A model generated the notes under the pieces. That model saw only the letters and a list, made by a program, of their open reading frames with translations. It had not been told where the DNA came from and made no database searches. A stretch of 64,000 nucleotides of DNA, filler included, from Candidatus Hydrogenedentota bacterium (GTDB taxonomy: Bacteria; JBFMHD01): NCBI GenBank assembly GCA_040752395.1. It is 7 parts of 7 records of this genome, joined end to end, with 100 filler letters (N's around TTAATTAATTAA, not from the genome) between each part and the next. Parts side by side here need not be neighbours in the genome. Positions count along the whole stretch, not along the records: positions 9,665 to 19,187 come from JBFMHD010000104.1; 6 more parts are not named here. The stretch is one strand, 5' to 3'. Shown in pieces: positions 9,665 to 19,287 of this stretch (the first letter of the stretch is position 1; every line of letters begins with the position of its first letter). Made by a program: the position numbers and the translations under genes.

Positions 9665-9845
9665 AACAAATCAACGCATAGATATTCTTGAACAGAAACT
9701 GAGTATAAGGATAGATGAGACAAATCAACGCATAGACAGACTTTATGATTCGTTTTTACCAAAAGAAAAATATTTCGAACTTCGGTTTGATATAACAGCT
9801 CTCCAAAAAGAGGTTGAACTGATTAAACAAAAAATAGCAGTTTAA
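9665..9845 (+). CDS. 3' fragment of a coiled-coil repeat protein
   Basis: Manual translation TNQRIDILEQKLSIRIDETNQRIDRLYDSFLPKEKYFELRFDITALQKEVELIKQKIAV*; ACAAATCAACGCATAGA occurs twice. Confidence 0.6.
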
Positions 9846-9896
9846 CTTTAATATAACTTTTAATAATTCAATGCCTGACCATCAAAAAAAGTATTG

Positions 9897-10781
9897 TTAA
9901 TTCACTACCTCAACGAATTTATAAAAAATGTTTGGAGATCCAAATTTTGCTAACATATCCTGATTTTTAATCTCCTGCAATTCTTTATTTAATAGAGGAA
10001 CGAAAAACATAGAACCACTGCCTGATAGAAATAATGGAAGATTTAAAAGAGCCTCAATTTTATTTTTGAATTTTATTTGGTCAGGATAGAGTTCGATAAA
10101 TGGCTTAAACAAATCATTAAAGATAGAGCCTCTAAGTATATTTATATCTTCTGATTTAAGATTTGTGATAAGTTTTTTTAATTCGGTTTCTTTAAACCTT
10201 TTTGGATAAGATTTTACTGAAGAATCATATTGTTTGTAAACGCTTGATGTAGAAGAATTCATAAGATTAGATATAAGTAAAAATTTTATTTTAGGAAATT
10301 TATCAATAGAATGGATTATTTCTCCTCTCCCGCTTATTAAACTGATCCCAGGATTGATAAAAAAAGGAACATCAGAACCAAGTTTTGAGCCTAAAAGCTG
10401 TAAATCATTCAAAGTAAAAGGAGATGCGAAAATAGTATTGAGTGCATTTAATATACTTGCAGCATTTGAGCTACCACCGCCTAAACCCGAACCGACTGGA
10501 ATATTCTTTTTTACCTTTATATCTATATTATATTTATGATTAAAAAAATTACAGAATAATACGCAGGCTCTGTATATTAAATCATTTTGAGGATTATCTG
10601 ATGTGGCAGGGTTTGAGATGTTTATAGACTGATATTTTGATTCCACGAGCGAAACTTCAATCTGGTCAAACAAAGAGATAGGTACAAATAAAGATTGTAA
10701 TTGATGATAACCATCAGTTCCTGGTTCTAATACTCTTAAAAATAGATTCAATTTAGCGGGCGATAAAACTGTTAATTGCAT
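9897..10781 (-). CDS. ispE: 4-diphosphocytidyl-2-C-methyl-D-erythritol kinase
   Basis: PAKLNLFL, KNIPVGSGLGGGSSNAA, GSDVPFF, LSGSGS. Confidence 0.95.
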   Translation of the reverse strand: MQLTVLSPAKLNLFLRVLEPGTDGYHQLQSLFVPISLFDQIEVSLVESKYQSINISNPATSDNPQNDLIYRACVLFCNFFNHKYNIDIKVKKNIPVGSGLGGGSSNAASILNALNTIFASPFTLNDLQLLGSKLGSDVPFFINPGISLISGRGEIIHSIDKFPKIKFLLISNLMNSSTSSVYKQYDSSVKSYPKRFKETELKKLITNLKSEDINILRGSIFNDLFKPFIELYPDQIKFKNKIEALLNLPLFLSGSGSMFFVPLLNKELQEIKNQDMLAKFGSPNIFYKFVEVVN

Positions 10782-10784
10782 AAA

Positions 10785-12398
10785 TTAATGGAAGAGATTA
10801 GTTTTGACTTTGAATTTCGAAAGATAACTTCCTGAGATATCTCGCTTTGGATCTATTTCGAGAGTCTTCTTGAAATATCGTAAAGCCGTATCGTAATCTC
10901 TCATATCCCAGTAAATAATCCCTAAATGTTCCAGGATATCAGGGTCATTCTCTCTTAATGACGCAGCTTTTATAATTATAGAAAGAGCCTCTTTAATATT
11001 ACCCTTTTTATATAATATCCACCCAAGTGTGTCGAGATAAAATGGGTTTTCAGGTTCTTTATCGAGTGCTATCATAACATAATCATAAGCTTTGTCGAGC
11101 TCTTTATTTTTCAAGGCAAGAGTGTATGCAACATAGTTTAAACTATCAGGTGATGAGATGCCCATATTAATCAATTTTTCAAAATAATATGCTGATTTCT
11201 GATACTCTTTTATACGGTCATACGAGAAAGCAAGATTTTTATACACAGCTATTTTACCAAGTAGTCCTTTCTCAGGCATATCGTATTTAAGAGATTCTTT
11301 TAAATCAACGATCGCTTCTTTATATTTATTAAGAGTAACTTTCATAAGACCATTAAGAATGAGGATATTTGAATCAAAATAATCTAATTTTATTGTTCTG
11401 TCAAAACACTCAACAGCTCTTTCAAAATCACCTGTAAGAGTATATACCCTCCCAAGCTCAGCTAAAATAAGAGGTATATCTTTATAAAGACTGTTGATTT
11501 TATTTAGCACCATTAAAAGTAAACCAGTATCCTGTATCTCTGAGAGTTTGTTATACACTAAAAACAAATCTTTAAAAGACCAGACATTATTAATAACAGT
11601 CCCCCAGGTTTTTTTTGAATTGATAGAATCCCCTGTTTTAGAATAAAGTTCAGCCAGATTGAAATGTGCAAGTATATTAGAAGAATCAATCTCAATAACC
11701 TGTTTTAGGTATTCAATAGCTTTATTATATTCACTCATTTCTTTGTATAAAAGACCGAGAAGATAGATAATAGAGGTATTATAAGGGTAATACACAAGCA
11801 TTTTCTTATAAACAGATATTGCTTTAATATAATCTTTTTGTTTGGTATAGATTTCACCTATACTAAATAAAGAGAGTAGATGTTCTGGATTATCAGATAG
11901 TATTTCCTTAAAATAATTTAATGCAGTATCATAATCATTTTTAAAAAGAAATAAAGACCCGAGATAATATTTAGATTCAAGGTTTCCGGGATTGTATTGC
12001 AGAGATTTTTGAAATGACGCTATAGCTTTATCTACATCACCATCCTCTATATAGTAATTACCCAACAAAAAATGGTATAAATCATTATGATATGGCAATC
12101 CTCTGGTATATTTGGAATACTTTAAGAAAGCTTTAATATCACCTTCTTTTAAATATAGATATGCGATACGATTAAGTATTGTAGTATCCCAGCTAACATT
12201 TTTAGCATATTTTTTATATTCGATAATAGCATTCGCAATCGAATCAGATAATTCGAGATAATAACCCTTAAGGAGATATTCTTCTGGATTTTTCTTTCTT
12301 ATTTTAAAAAAAGGCTCCCTTTTTTCTGATCCTGCGTAAGAGATTGTTACTATGATTAAATATATAAGTATAAAACAAAAGAATCTATAAAATTTCAT
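10785..12398 (-). CDS. Exported TPR protein
   Basis: Signal peptide, many TPRs, LNYVAY...YLDTLGWILYKKG C-terminal motif commonly found upstream of ispE. Confidence 0.85.
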   Translation of the reverse strand: MKFYRFFCFILIYLIIVTISYAGSEKREPFFKIRKKNPEEYLLKGYYLELSDSIANAIIEYKKYAKNVSWDTTILNRIAYLYLKEGDIKAFLKYSKYTRGLPYHNDLYHFLLGNYYIEDGDVDKAIASFQKSLQYNPGNLESKYYLGSLFLFKNDYDTALNYFKEILSDNPEHLLSLFSIGEIYTKQKDYIKAISVYKKMLVYYPYNTSIIYLLGLLYKEMSEYNKAIEYLKQVIEIDSSNILAHFNLAELYSKTGDSINSKKTWGTVINNVWSFKDLFLVYNKLSEIQDTGLLLMVLNKINSLYKDIPLILAELGRVYTLTGDFERAVECFDRTIKLDYFDSNILILNGLMKVTLNKYKEAIVDLKESLKYDMPEKGLLGKIAVYKNLAFSYDRIKEYQKSAYYFEKLINMGISSPDSLNYVAYTLALKNKELDKAYDYVMIALDKEPENPFYLDTLGWILYKKGNIKEALSIIIKAASLRENDPDILEHLGIIYWDMRDYDTALRYFKKTLEIDPKRDISGSYLSKFKVKTNLFH

Positions 12399-13687
12399 TG
12401 TTTTTGCAATATCTCATTAGCCTGAAGTAATTTTATAGCTGTTTGCAGTTGTTTATCAGTTATATTAGAAAGATATAATCTTTTGGGCGTAGAAGTATCT
12501 TCAGCGATATTTGGGTCAGGTTTATCAGCAAGCCAGGATGGAGGCAAATTTGTATCAGTTTCTGCCTCAACACATATATCAGGAGTGATGCCTTTTCCCT
12601 GAATCTTATGACCGTTTGGTGTTAGATAATTTTCAAAAGTAAATTTTATACCATATCCGCCATCGAGATTAATAGCCTTTTGTACCTGTGCTTTACCAAA
12701 AGTCGTAGTGCCGATTAGCACCCCGCGTTTATGGTCTTTTACAGCACCTGCGATTATCTCAGAGCCGCTCGCACTACCATTATCAACAAGAACTATAAGT
12801 GGTAGATCAGTATAAACGTTACGCTGCGAGGTTATATACACTTTTGCAGGAGAAGCTCTGCCCTGCGTCGTGACTATTGTCTTTCCTGGCGGTATTAGAT
12901 TACTTACTATGTGTAGTACTACATTTAGCAATCCACCGGGATTATGTCTTAAATCTAAAATAAGAGCATTGATAGATTTTTGCAGGAGATTAGTTAATTC
13001 TTCCTCGAACTGGTTAGTTGTAACCTCTTTGAACTGATAAATTCTAATATAACCGTATTTGTCAATAATGTTAGCTTCAACTGTTGGCAACTTTATTATA
13101 TCTCTTACGATAGTATAATTTATATACGTATCAACATTTTCTCTTAAAACTGTTATTGTCACTGTACTTCCCTGTTCGCCGCGAAGCACAATAACCGCGT
13201 CCTCAACACTCAGTCCTTTTGCATCTTTCCCATCAATAAGTATAATTTTATCTCCGGGTTTAACACCGGCTCTCTCAGCAGGCGTTTTAGGTATCGGAGA
13301 AACAACAGTGATATAATCGTCCTTTTTTGTTATCTGAATACCAAGCCCTGCATAAGAACCTATATTTTTTTCCTGAAATTGTTCATAAGATTTTGGTTCA
13401 AAAAATTCGGTATAAGGGTCAAGGTTTGAGGTTATACCTTTTACAGCGAAGCGGAATAAAGTGTCAGTGCCTAACTCCTCAACATAATCCTGAAGCAAAA
13501 TATCAATTATTTTATTCAGGTTATTTTTAATCTGTTCTGGGGTTGAAGGAACTGGTGCAGTATGTTCGATAACGATTTTTTCATAAGTATCATGTGGATA
13601 ATAGTCTTCTAAATCCGTATCCACTGCTATCAGCTGTAAAGAAGATAAAAATATAAAAACCAGAATAGTCAAATATAGTTTTTTCAT
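12395..13687 (-). CDS. ctpA: C-terminal processing peptidase, S41 family
   Basis: LDPYT, PDZ (GLGIQI), DLRHNPGG, SASGSEI, TFGK, GITPD. Confidence 0.92.
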   Translation of the reverse strand: MKKLYLTILVFIFLSSLQLIAVDTDLEDYYPHDTYEKIVIEHTAPVPSTPEQIKNNLNKIIDILLQDYVEELGTDTLFRFAVKGITSNLDPYTEFFEPKSYEQFQEKNIGSYAGLGIQITKKDDYITVVSPIPKTPAERAGVKPGDKIILIDGKDAKGLSVEDAVIVLRGEQGSTVTITVLRENVDTYINYTIVRDIIKLPTVEANIIDKYGYIRIYQFKEVTTNQFEEELTNLLQKSINALILDLRHNPGGLLNVVLHIVSNLIPPGKTIVTTQGRASPAKVYITSQRNVYTDLPLIVLVDNGSASGSEIIAGAVKDHKRGVLIGTTTFGKAQVQKAINLDGGYGIKFTFENYLTPNGHKIQGKGITPDICVEAETDTNLPPSWLADKPDPNIAEDTSTPKRLYLSNITDKQLQTAIKLLQANEILQKQ

Positions 13688-13749
13688 ATAACGTTCTCCA
13701 ATAGAATATTTTAAATTTTAACACATAATAAAAATAAAAAGTCAATCTT

Positions 13750-13809
13750 ATTTTGACACTAAATATGATTTTTTATATAAAAGGCTTATGAGAGAGTTAA
13801 AGAAAAAGA
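13750..13809 (+). repeat. Duplicated ispB promoter and 5' end upstream of the TA cassette
   Basis: 13750-13796 is identical to 14654-14700 (47 bp); 13791-13809 is identical to 14740-14758. Confidence 0.92.
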
Positions 13810-13904
13810 CTCTTTGTAAATCTGGCGGTATTACTGGTTAATAGATACAGAAAATCAGCTATTAGCTAAAAACCACGTATACTATAGGGAGATAAAAGGT
13901 AGAG

Positions 13905-14171
13905 ATGATATCAGAAAAGGATAAAGCAATAATATTGAAGTATGCAAAAAAATATAAGTTGACCACAGTAATTCTATTTGGTTCTTCTGTTGAGAAAGAA
14001 AACGCAAATGATATAGACATTGGTATAAAGGGGATCGAACCTGGACGTTTCTTTGAGTTTTATGGAGAATTATTGCTTTCACTCTCAAAACGGATAGATA
14101 TAGTTGATCTAAACAAAGAAAATTCTTTCAATAAATTGGTAGAAAAAGAAGGGATAAAACTCTATGGTTAG
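13905..14171 (+). CDS. Minimal nucleotidyltransferase (MNT) antitoxin
   Basis: ILFGSS...NDIDIG and RIDIVDL motifs, 88 aa. Confidence 0.88.
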   Translation: MISEKDKAIILKYAKKYKLTTVILFGSSVEKENANDIDIGIKGIEPGRFFEFYGELLLSLSKRIDIVDLNKENSFNKLVEKEGIKLYG

Positions 14172-14589
14172 TTTAAGAGAAAAAGTCAATGTTGAAATGG
14201 AGAATATATTTATTGTACTTGAGGAGTTAAAAAAGAATAAAGATAAACCTGACAAGACAGTTGTTGAATTGGCAGGTATAGGCGCATTTTTACATAATGT
14301 TTACAATGGAGTTGAAAATATCCTTAAACAGATATTAAGCTTTCAAGGTATCTCTATTCCAAATTCAGATTCGTGGCATCAAGATTTGCTAATAGAGGCG
14401 ACAGAGAAAGGAATTATTAGTGAGACCACAAAAAAACAATTGGCTAAGTATTTAGCATTCCGTCATTTTTTTATACATTCTTATGGATTTTTATTAGATG
14501 AAGAGGAATTAAGATTATTGGCTGATAATGTATTCGGCGTGTACTCATCATTTAAGAAAGAGATTGATGATTTTATTGCTAATCTTTAA
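14164..14589 (+). CDS. HEPN (HepT/DUF86-like) RNase toxin
   Basis: LHNVYNGVENI, WHQDLL and Rx4H motif RHFFIHSY; overlaps the MNT gene. Confidence 0.85.
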   Translation: MVSLREKVNVEMENIFIVLEELKKNKDKPDKTVVELAGIGAFLHNVYNGVENILKQILSFQGISIPNSDSWHQDLLIEATEKGIISETTKKQLAKYLAFRHFFIHSYGFLLDEEELRLLADNVFGVYSSFKKEIDDFIANL

Positions 14590-14656
14590 AAAATATGATG
14601 GACTTCAGCTAACAGCAGATTTACGATGTTTGTGATAAATCTGCCTGCGCTAGATT

Positions 14657-14685
14657 TTGACACTAAATATGATTTTTTATATAAA
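14657..14685 (+). promoter_or_regulatory. Sigma70 promoter of ispB, probably leaderless transcript
   Basis: TTGACA-N17-TATAAA, ATG begins 7 nt after the -10 box, no SD. Confidence 0.6.
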
Positions 14686-14691
14686 AGGCTT

Positions 14692-15648
14692 ATGAGAGAG
14701 ATTCTTGCACCCATAGCAAATGAACTCTCTTTATTTGAAAGAGAGTTAAAGAAAAAGATAGAATCGAGATTTAATTTTATTGAAGAACAATGTAAATATG
14801 TAATCTTCTCCAATGGGAAACGCATAAGACCGATACTAACCATGCTTTGTGGTCTTTGTCTGCACGTTAATTTAGATAAATTAATAAAGATTTGCTGTGT
14901 GATAGAACTTATACATAATGCAACTATTGTTCATGACGATGTTCTTGATAGATCAGATATAAGACGCGGAAATAAGACACTTAACTTTCTACATAATTCA
15001 AACATAGCTGTTCTAACAGGTGATTATCTTTTTTCAAAAACTATTGATACAAGTTTACAACTGAATAATCAAAAATTCAGCGAAGAGATAGCAAGAGTAT
15101 CTTCACTTATTTTCGAGGGCGAAGTAGAACAGTCTATTAATTCTTATAGAGTGATTGATAAGAAAAAATATATAGATATTATAAAAAAGAAGACCGGGAT
15201 GTTGTTCGGACTGAGTATAGCTTCTCCACTTTTATTTACAGATGATTGTCCGCGTATAAGTTATGAAAAATTATTTAGTGCAGGCGTTGATATAGGTACG
15301 TCTTTTCAGATAGTTGATGATGTTCTCGACTATACCTCTTGCGATACTCATTTGGGTAAACCTGTATATAAAGATTTGAAATCAGGTAAGATGACACTGC
15401 CTCTGATTTACACTTTAAAAAAATTAGAAGGTGGATTAAGAAACAAGGTCATAAAATACTTTATGCGGAATACGAATATTAAAACATTAAAAGAACTTGT
15501 GCATAATAATCATGGCGTAAGAATGTCTTTACGTACGGCAAAAAAACTTGTAAGAGATGCTGTTTGTAATCTGGATGTATTACCGGCTAATAGACACAGG
15601 AAGTCATTAGAAGAATTTATATTTTATCTTACAGACAGGAAGTTTTAG
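14692..15648 (+). CDS. ispB: Polyprenyl diphosphate synthase
   Basis: GKRIRP, VHDDVLD...RRG, KKKTG, FQIVDDVLD, GKMTLP. Start moved to ATG 14692. Confidence 0.88.
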   Translation: MREILAPIANELSLFERELKKKIESRFNFIEEQCKYVIFSNGKRIRPILTMLCGLCLHVNLDKLIKICCVIELIHNATIVHDDVLDRSDIRRGNKTLNFLHNSNIAVLTGDYLFSKTIDTSLQLNNQKFSEEIARVSSLIFEGEVEQSINSYRVIDKKKYIDIIKKKTGMLFGLSIASPLLFTDDCPRISYEKLFSAGVDIGTSFQIVDDVLDYTSCDTHLGKPVYKDLKSGKMTLPLIYTLKKLEGGLRNKVIKYFMRNTNIKTLKELVHNNHGVRMSLRTAKKLVRDAVCNLDVLPANRHRKSLEEFIFYLTDRKF

Positions 15649-15656
15649 AATATTAA

Positions 15657-15685
15657 TCCCGGGTCTCTTAAAAAGAGACCCGGGA
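15657..15685. terminator. Perfect 13-bp hairpin after ispB
   Basis: TCCCGGGTCTCTT-AAA-AAGAGACCCGGGA; no clear U-tract, so terminator function is uncertain. Confidence 0.45.
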
Positions 15686-15781
15686 CAATATAAATGATGA
15701 GACCGAAGATGGGTGTTGTGATTAAAATGGCTTCCACCTATTTTATCGTTATTTTATTAAAATTCTTTAGAGGTTTTTACA

Positions 15782-16381
15782 ATGAATGAGGTGATTTACT
15801 ATATAGCTGATGAAGATTCACAATTTGGACCATTTAACGAATCAGACCTTAAAAATTGGTTAGTAAATCATTCTTTCAAAAAAAATATTTATATCTGGGA
15901 CTCGGTTACTAATGAATGGAATCAACCTGATAATTATAAAGAGTTGTTAAAAAATAATAAACAGATCTCTTCACAATTGAAAAGTTTTAGCCCTAATATC
16001 GGAACCAAAATCTATCTCGAAGATGAAAGTAAATATAAAGAAAAAAGAAGATTTGTTAGATTGCCTGTTAGTGTAAAAGTAAAATATTTAGATAAAGAAT
16101 CTCATCTTGCAGGATGGGAAATGAAAGATGCTATATCACAGGAGATATCTACCGCGGGTATATCGTTTTTAACAGAAGAAAAAATAAAAGTAGATTCTAT
16201 TATTGTTGTAAATATTATTACTGAGTTAAATGAAGACAAAGGTATTATTTTAGAAGGAGTTGTCCGGCGTTCTGACACTACATTATTTAAAGGTATGTTT
16301 GAAACAGGTGTAGAATTTTTAGAAATTGATACAGAGACAAAATCTAAATTAAAAAACTTTTTGAAAAATTTATTATTTTGA
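15782..16381 (+). CDS. GYF_2 + PilZ domain protein
   Basis: N-terminal QFGPF...YIW; PilZ RRFVR and EISTAG, GVEF. Confidence 0.75.
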   Translation: MNEVIYYIADEDSQFGPFNESDLKNWLVNHSFKKNIYIWDSVTNEWNQPDNYKELLKNNKQISSQLKSFSPNIGTKIYLEDESKYKEKRRFVRLPVSVKVKYLDKESHLAGWEMKDAISQEISTAGISFLTEEKIKVDSIIVVNIITELNEDKGIILEGVVRRSDTTLFKGMFETGVEFLEIDTETKSKLKNFLKNLLF

Positions 16382-16390
16382 TGTATCCCT

Positions 16391-16436
16391 TTTTCTGATA
16401 CTTCTCACTTCTTACTTCTTACTTTTTCAGGGGAGA
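16391..16436 (+). repeat. Mini copy of the element (heptamer module plus 3' core)
   Basis: CTGATACTTCTCACTTCTTACTTCTTACTTTTTCAGGGGAG directly before ATG 16443. Confidence 0.7.
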
Positions 16437-16442
16437 TGAATT

Positions 16443-17780
16443 ATGGAAGAAATACAATTAGAACATAGACCACTGGACCCAAAAACTATTGAAGAAGCAG
16501 GTATAAGTGAAGAAATAGTTGAATCACTGATACTGAAAACAATTAAACAGGAGGGCGCTAAAACAAGAGAGGAGCTCTCTTTGTATATTAGATTGAACCC
16601 AAATATTTTGACACCATTCCTTGATTCGTTAAAGCAGAGAAAGATGCTCGAGGTCCAGGCAGGACTTAAATATGCGATGCTATCTCCGGGCAAAGAGATG
16701 TGTAAAATGTATGAAGAAGAGGATAACTATGTTGGCCCGGCACCTGTATCGTTTAAATCTTATTGTGAGATGGTATTATTACAGGATACAAGAGAAAAAA
16801 CTGTAACACTACAGGATGTTAAAGAGATAGCTAAAGAATATCAATATACTGAAGAACAATTATTATATTTTAAAGAAGCATTTAATTCAAGAAGGAGCGT
16901 ATTCTTTTTTGGCCCCCCTGGTAACGGGAAGTCACTTGTAACCTCTTTGATGCATGCATTACTTATAGAACCTGTGCTTATACCATATACGTTTGAATTT
17001 AACAAAAAAGTCGTGAAAATATTTGACCCCGCATATCACCAACATCTGGAAAAAGAAGATAAAGACATAAAAGCTGCTACCCCTGAAGAATTAGCTGCAA
17101 GAATCAAGGGACAGAAGGTACGATATGATAAACGCTGGCTTGTATGTAAAGCACCACTTGTTATTGTAGGCACTGAATTTCGGGTGAAACATTTTGAAAT
17201 AAATTTTATAGGACATTTCATAGCACCACCACACCTTAAAGCTAATAACGGTATCTTTATTTTTGACGATCTGGGTAGACAACTCGATGATCATAGAGTA
17301 ATCCTGAATCAGTTCATTTACCCCCTTGAAAATCAACAGACTATCATAGCGTTCCCTGGGGGCAGTAGCTTAATAGCCCCGTATAAACAGAGGCTCTTTC
17401 TCTCGACTAACCTTAACAAAGATGATATCATTGATGATGCATTTAACCGCAGACTTTTGTACCAGATATTTATATCACGACCGGATAAAGAGACTTATAA
17501 AAAGATTTATGTTAATATCGCAAAAAAGTTCGGGCTTGATGATAGTTGGGAGGACCAGCTGTATCAGGACTCAACAGTTTTACTTGAATGGTATGACAGG
17601 GATCAGAGGTCTATACGTGCCTGTGACCCGAGAAACCTTTTTATTATGATGTTAGCTGCACTTGATCCGGGACAAAGTTTAAAAGATATTTACAACCGAC
17701 AACTATTAGAACGAATATACAAAAAGTATCCGATGGCTTACAGAACTGATGAAAAAGAATATAAGAGATCAGGATTGTGA
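16443..17780 (+). CDS. AAA+ ATPase of unknown function
   Basis: YVGPAPV, Walker A GPPGNGKS, KANNGIFIFDDLGRQ, DDAFNRR. Confidence 0.8.
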   Translation: MEEIQLEHRPLDPKTIEEAGISEEIVESLILKTIKQEGAKTREELSLYIRLNPNILTPFLDSLKQRKMLEVQAGLKYAMLSPGKEMCKMYEEEDNYVGPAPVSFKSYCEMVLLQDTREKTVTLQDVKEIAKEYQYTEEQLLYFKEAFNSRRSVFFFGPPGNGKSLVTSLMHALLIEPVLIPYTFEFNKKVVKIFDPAYHQHLEKEDKDIKAATPEELAARIKGQKVRYDKRWLVCKAPLVIVGTEFRVKHFEINFIGHFIAPPHLKANNGIFIFDDLGRQLDDHRVILNQFIYPLENQQTIIAFPGGSSLIAPYKQRLFLSTNLNKDDIIDDAFNRRLLYQIFISRPDKETYKKIYVNIAKKFGLDDSWEDQLYQDSTVLLEWYDRDQRSIRACDPRNLFIMMLAALDPGQSLKDIYNRQLLERIYKKYPMAYRTDEKEYKRSGL

Positions 17781-17810
17781 ATGGTTTTTCAGGGGTCTCT
17801 TAAATAAAAC

Positions 17811-17870
17811 TTGACGAAATTGTTAGCCCTGCTAAAATTAATTGATATTAAATAATACCCCTGTTAAAAT
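17811..17870 (+). promoter_or_regulatory. Two tandem sigma70-like promoters
   Basis: TTGACG-N16-TAAAAT and TTGATA-N17-TAAAAT, both with TG extension; shared CCCTG(C/T)TAAAATTA. Confidence 0.4.
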
Positions 17871-17871
17871 T

Positions 17872-18808
17872 ATGTATATAAAAAGAGAACTCGAGGATAA
17901 AATTGGAAAATATATCAACTCACCTGAAATTCTTGCTATCATAGGACCAAGACAGACTTAATTTTAAAGAGTTCTTATCGTATCGAAATCCATTTTTATA
18001 TGAAAGGCTATTTCTTAACATAAAGAAAAAGGTTGATTTGATTTTAAAAAATAAAAGAAAATCACTACCCGTATTATCAATAGAGATGATTAAGGAATTT
18101 GAAAAATATTATCAGGAATACTCCATCTTTGGTGGATATCCCCGCGTTGTTCTAACAAAAGATAAAGATGAAAAAATAATTATACTCAAAAATATTTATA
18201 ATACCTATTTTTTGAGGGAAATAAGGGACATTTTACAGATTGCTACAGAAGAGGAATTACAAAAACTAATAAAATCTTTATCACTTCAAATAGGTTCGGA
18301 AGTTGTGTATAATGAATTGTGTAGTCTGACATCTCAAAATTATCTAAATTTAATTAAACACATTAATATTTTGGAGAACACATATATAATTAAAAAAGTC
18401 CACCCATATTGTAAAAATAAAAAAATAGAAATATCTAAGGCCCCTAAAATTTATTTTATAGATAATGGGTTTCGAAACGTGGCAATTGATAATTTTCTCC
18501 CATTTAATAAAAGAGTAGACAGAGGAATGCTTAATGAAAATTTTGTGGCAAGTCAGCTCATCAAACAAGGAAATAATGTTAATTATTGGAGAACAAAATC
18601 CAATGCTGAACTGGATTTTATAATAGAAAGGAACAATATGAAAATAGCTATAGAAGTAAAATCATCATTAACCACAGATAAGGTCAGGAGGGGTTTATTA
18701 AGTTTTAAAGAAAAATATGCACCTGACAAAATAATAGTCGTTTCCGAAAACTATTCATCTTATGATAAAATAAAAAAAATATACTTTATACCATTATTTT
18801 TTATTTAA
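17872..18808 (+). pseudogene. AAA_14/DUF4143 ATPase with internal deletion
   Basis: 17872-17961 reads MYIKRELEDKI...ILAIIGPRQT* and stops inside Walker A; 18038-18808 is the C-terminal half (FGGYP, PKIYFID, YWRT...ELDF, IEVK). Confidence 0.8.
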
Positions 18809-18983
18809 TATCTTATTCCTGATTATATAATTGGGCAATCAGGGAATTTTTCCACGACTGCTCAATTTGTGTAATTTCTGGCTATTTACTTACTTTAAGT
18901 CTAATCTCCGATATATAGGAGTTACTCTCTGAATCGCAGTAACCTGATTATGTAAACTTAATAAAAAATTATTAAATTTACTA

Positions 18984-19011
18984 TTGACAATTTTTATAAA
19001 TTATTTATAAT
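18984..19011 (+). promoter_or_regulatory. Consensus sigma70 promoter pointing into the repeat element
   Basis: TTGACA-N16-TATAAT about 20 bp before the first module. Confidence 0.55.
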
Positions 19012-19030
19012 TTTGATAGTTTGCTATTTT

Positions 19031-19187
19031 TCTTTACTTTTAACTTTTCAAAGGAGTACTCATGAGCGCGGGTTGCGCTCTACACAACGTATGAAAAACT
19101 AAAAATGATATGTTGGCTTCAGGCTCCGGGCTTCGGGCTCCAGCCGGCTGTAGCCCGTAGCCTGTAGCCCGAATTATTAGAGTTACA
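19031..19187 (+). repeat. Modular element copy, cut by contig end
   Basis: ACTTTTA module, core TTTTCAAAGGAG, REP-like hairpin, CAGCCGGCTG-centred heptamer hairpin, AATTATTAGAGTTACA. Confidence 0.9.
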
Positions 19188-19287
19188 NNNNNNNNNNNNN
19201 NNNNNNNNNNNNNNNNNNNNNNNNNNNNNNNTTAATTAATTAANNNNNNNNNNNNNNNNNNNNNNNNNNNNNNNNNNNNNNNNNNNN
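19188..19287. other. Artificial contig linker
   Basis: N-TTAATTAATTAA-N. Confidence 0.99.
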
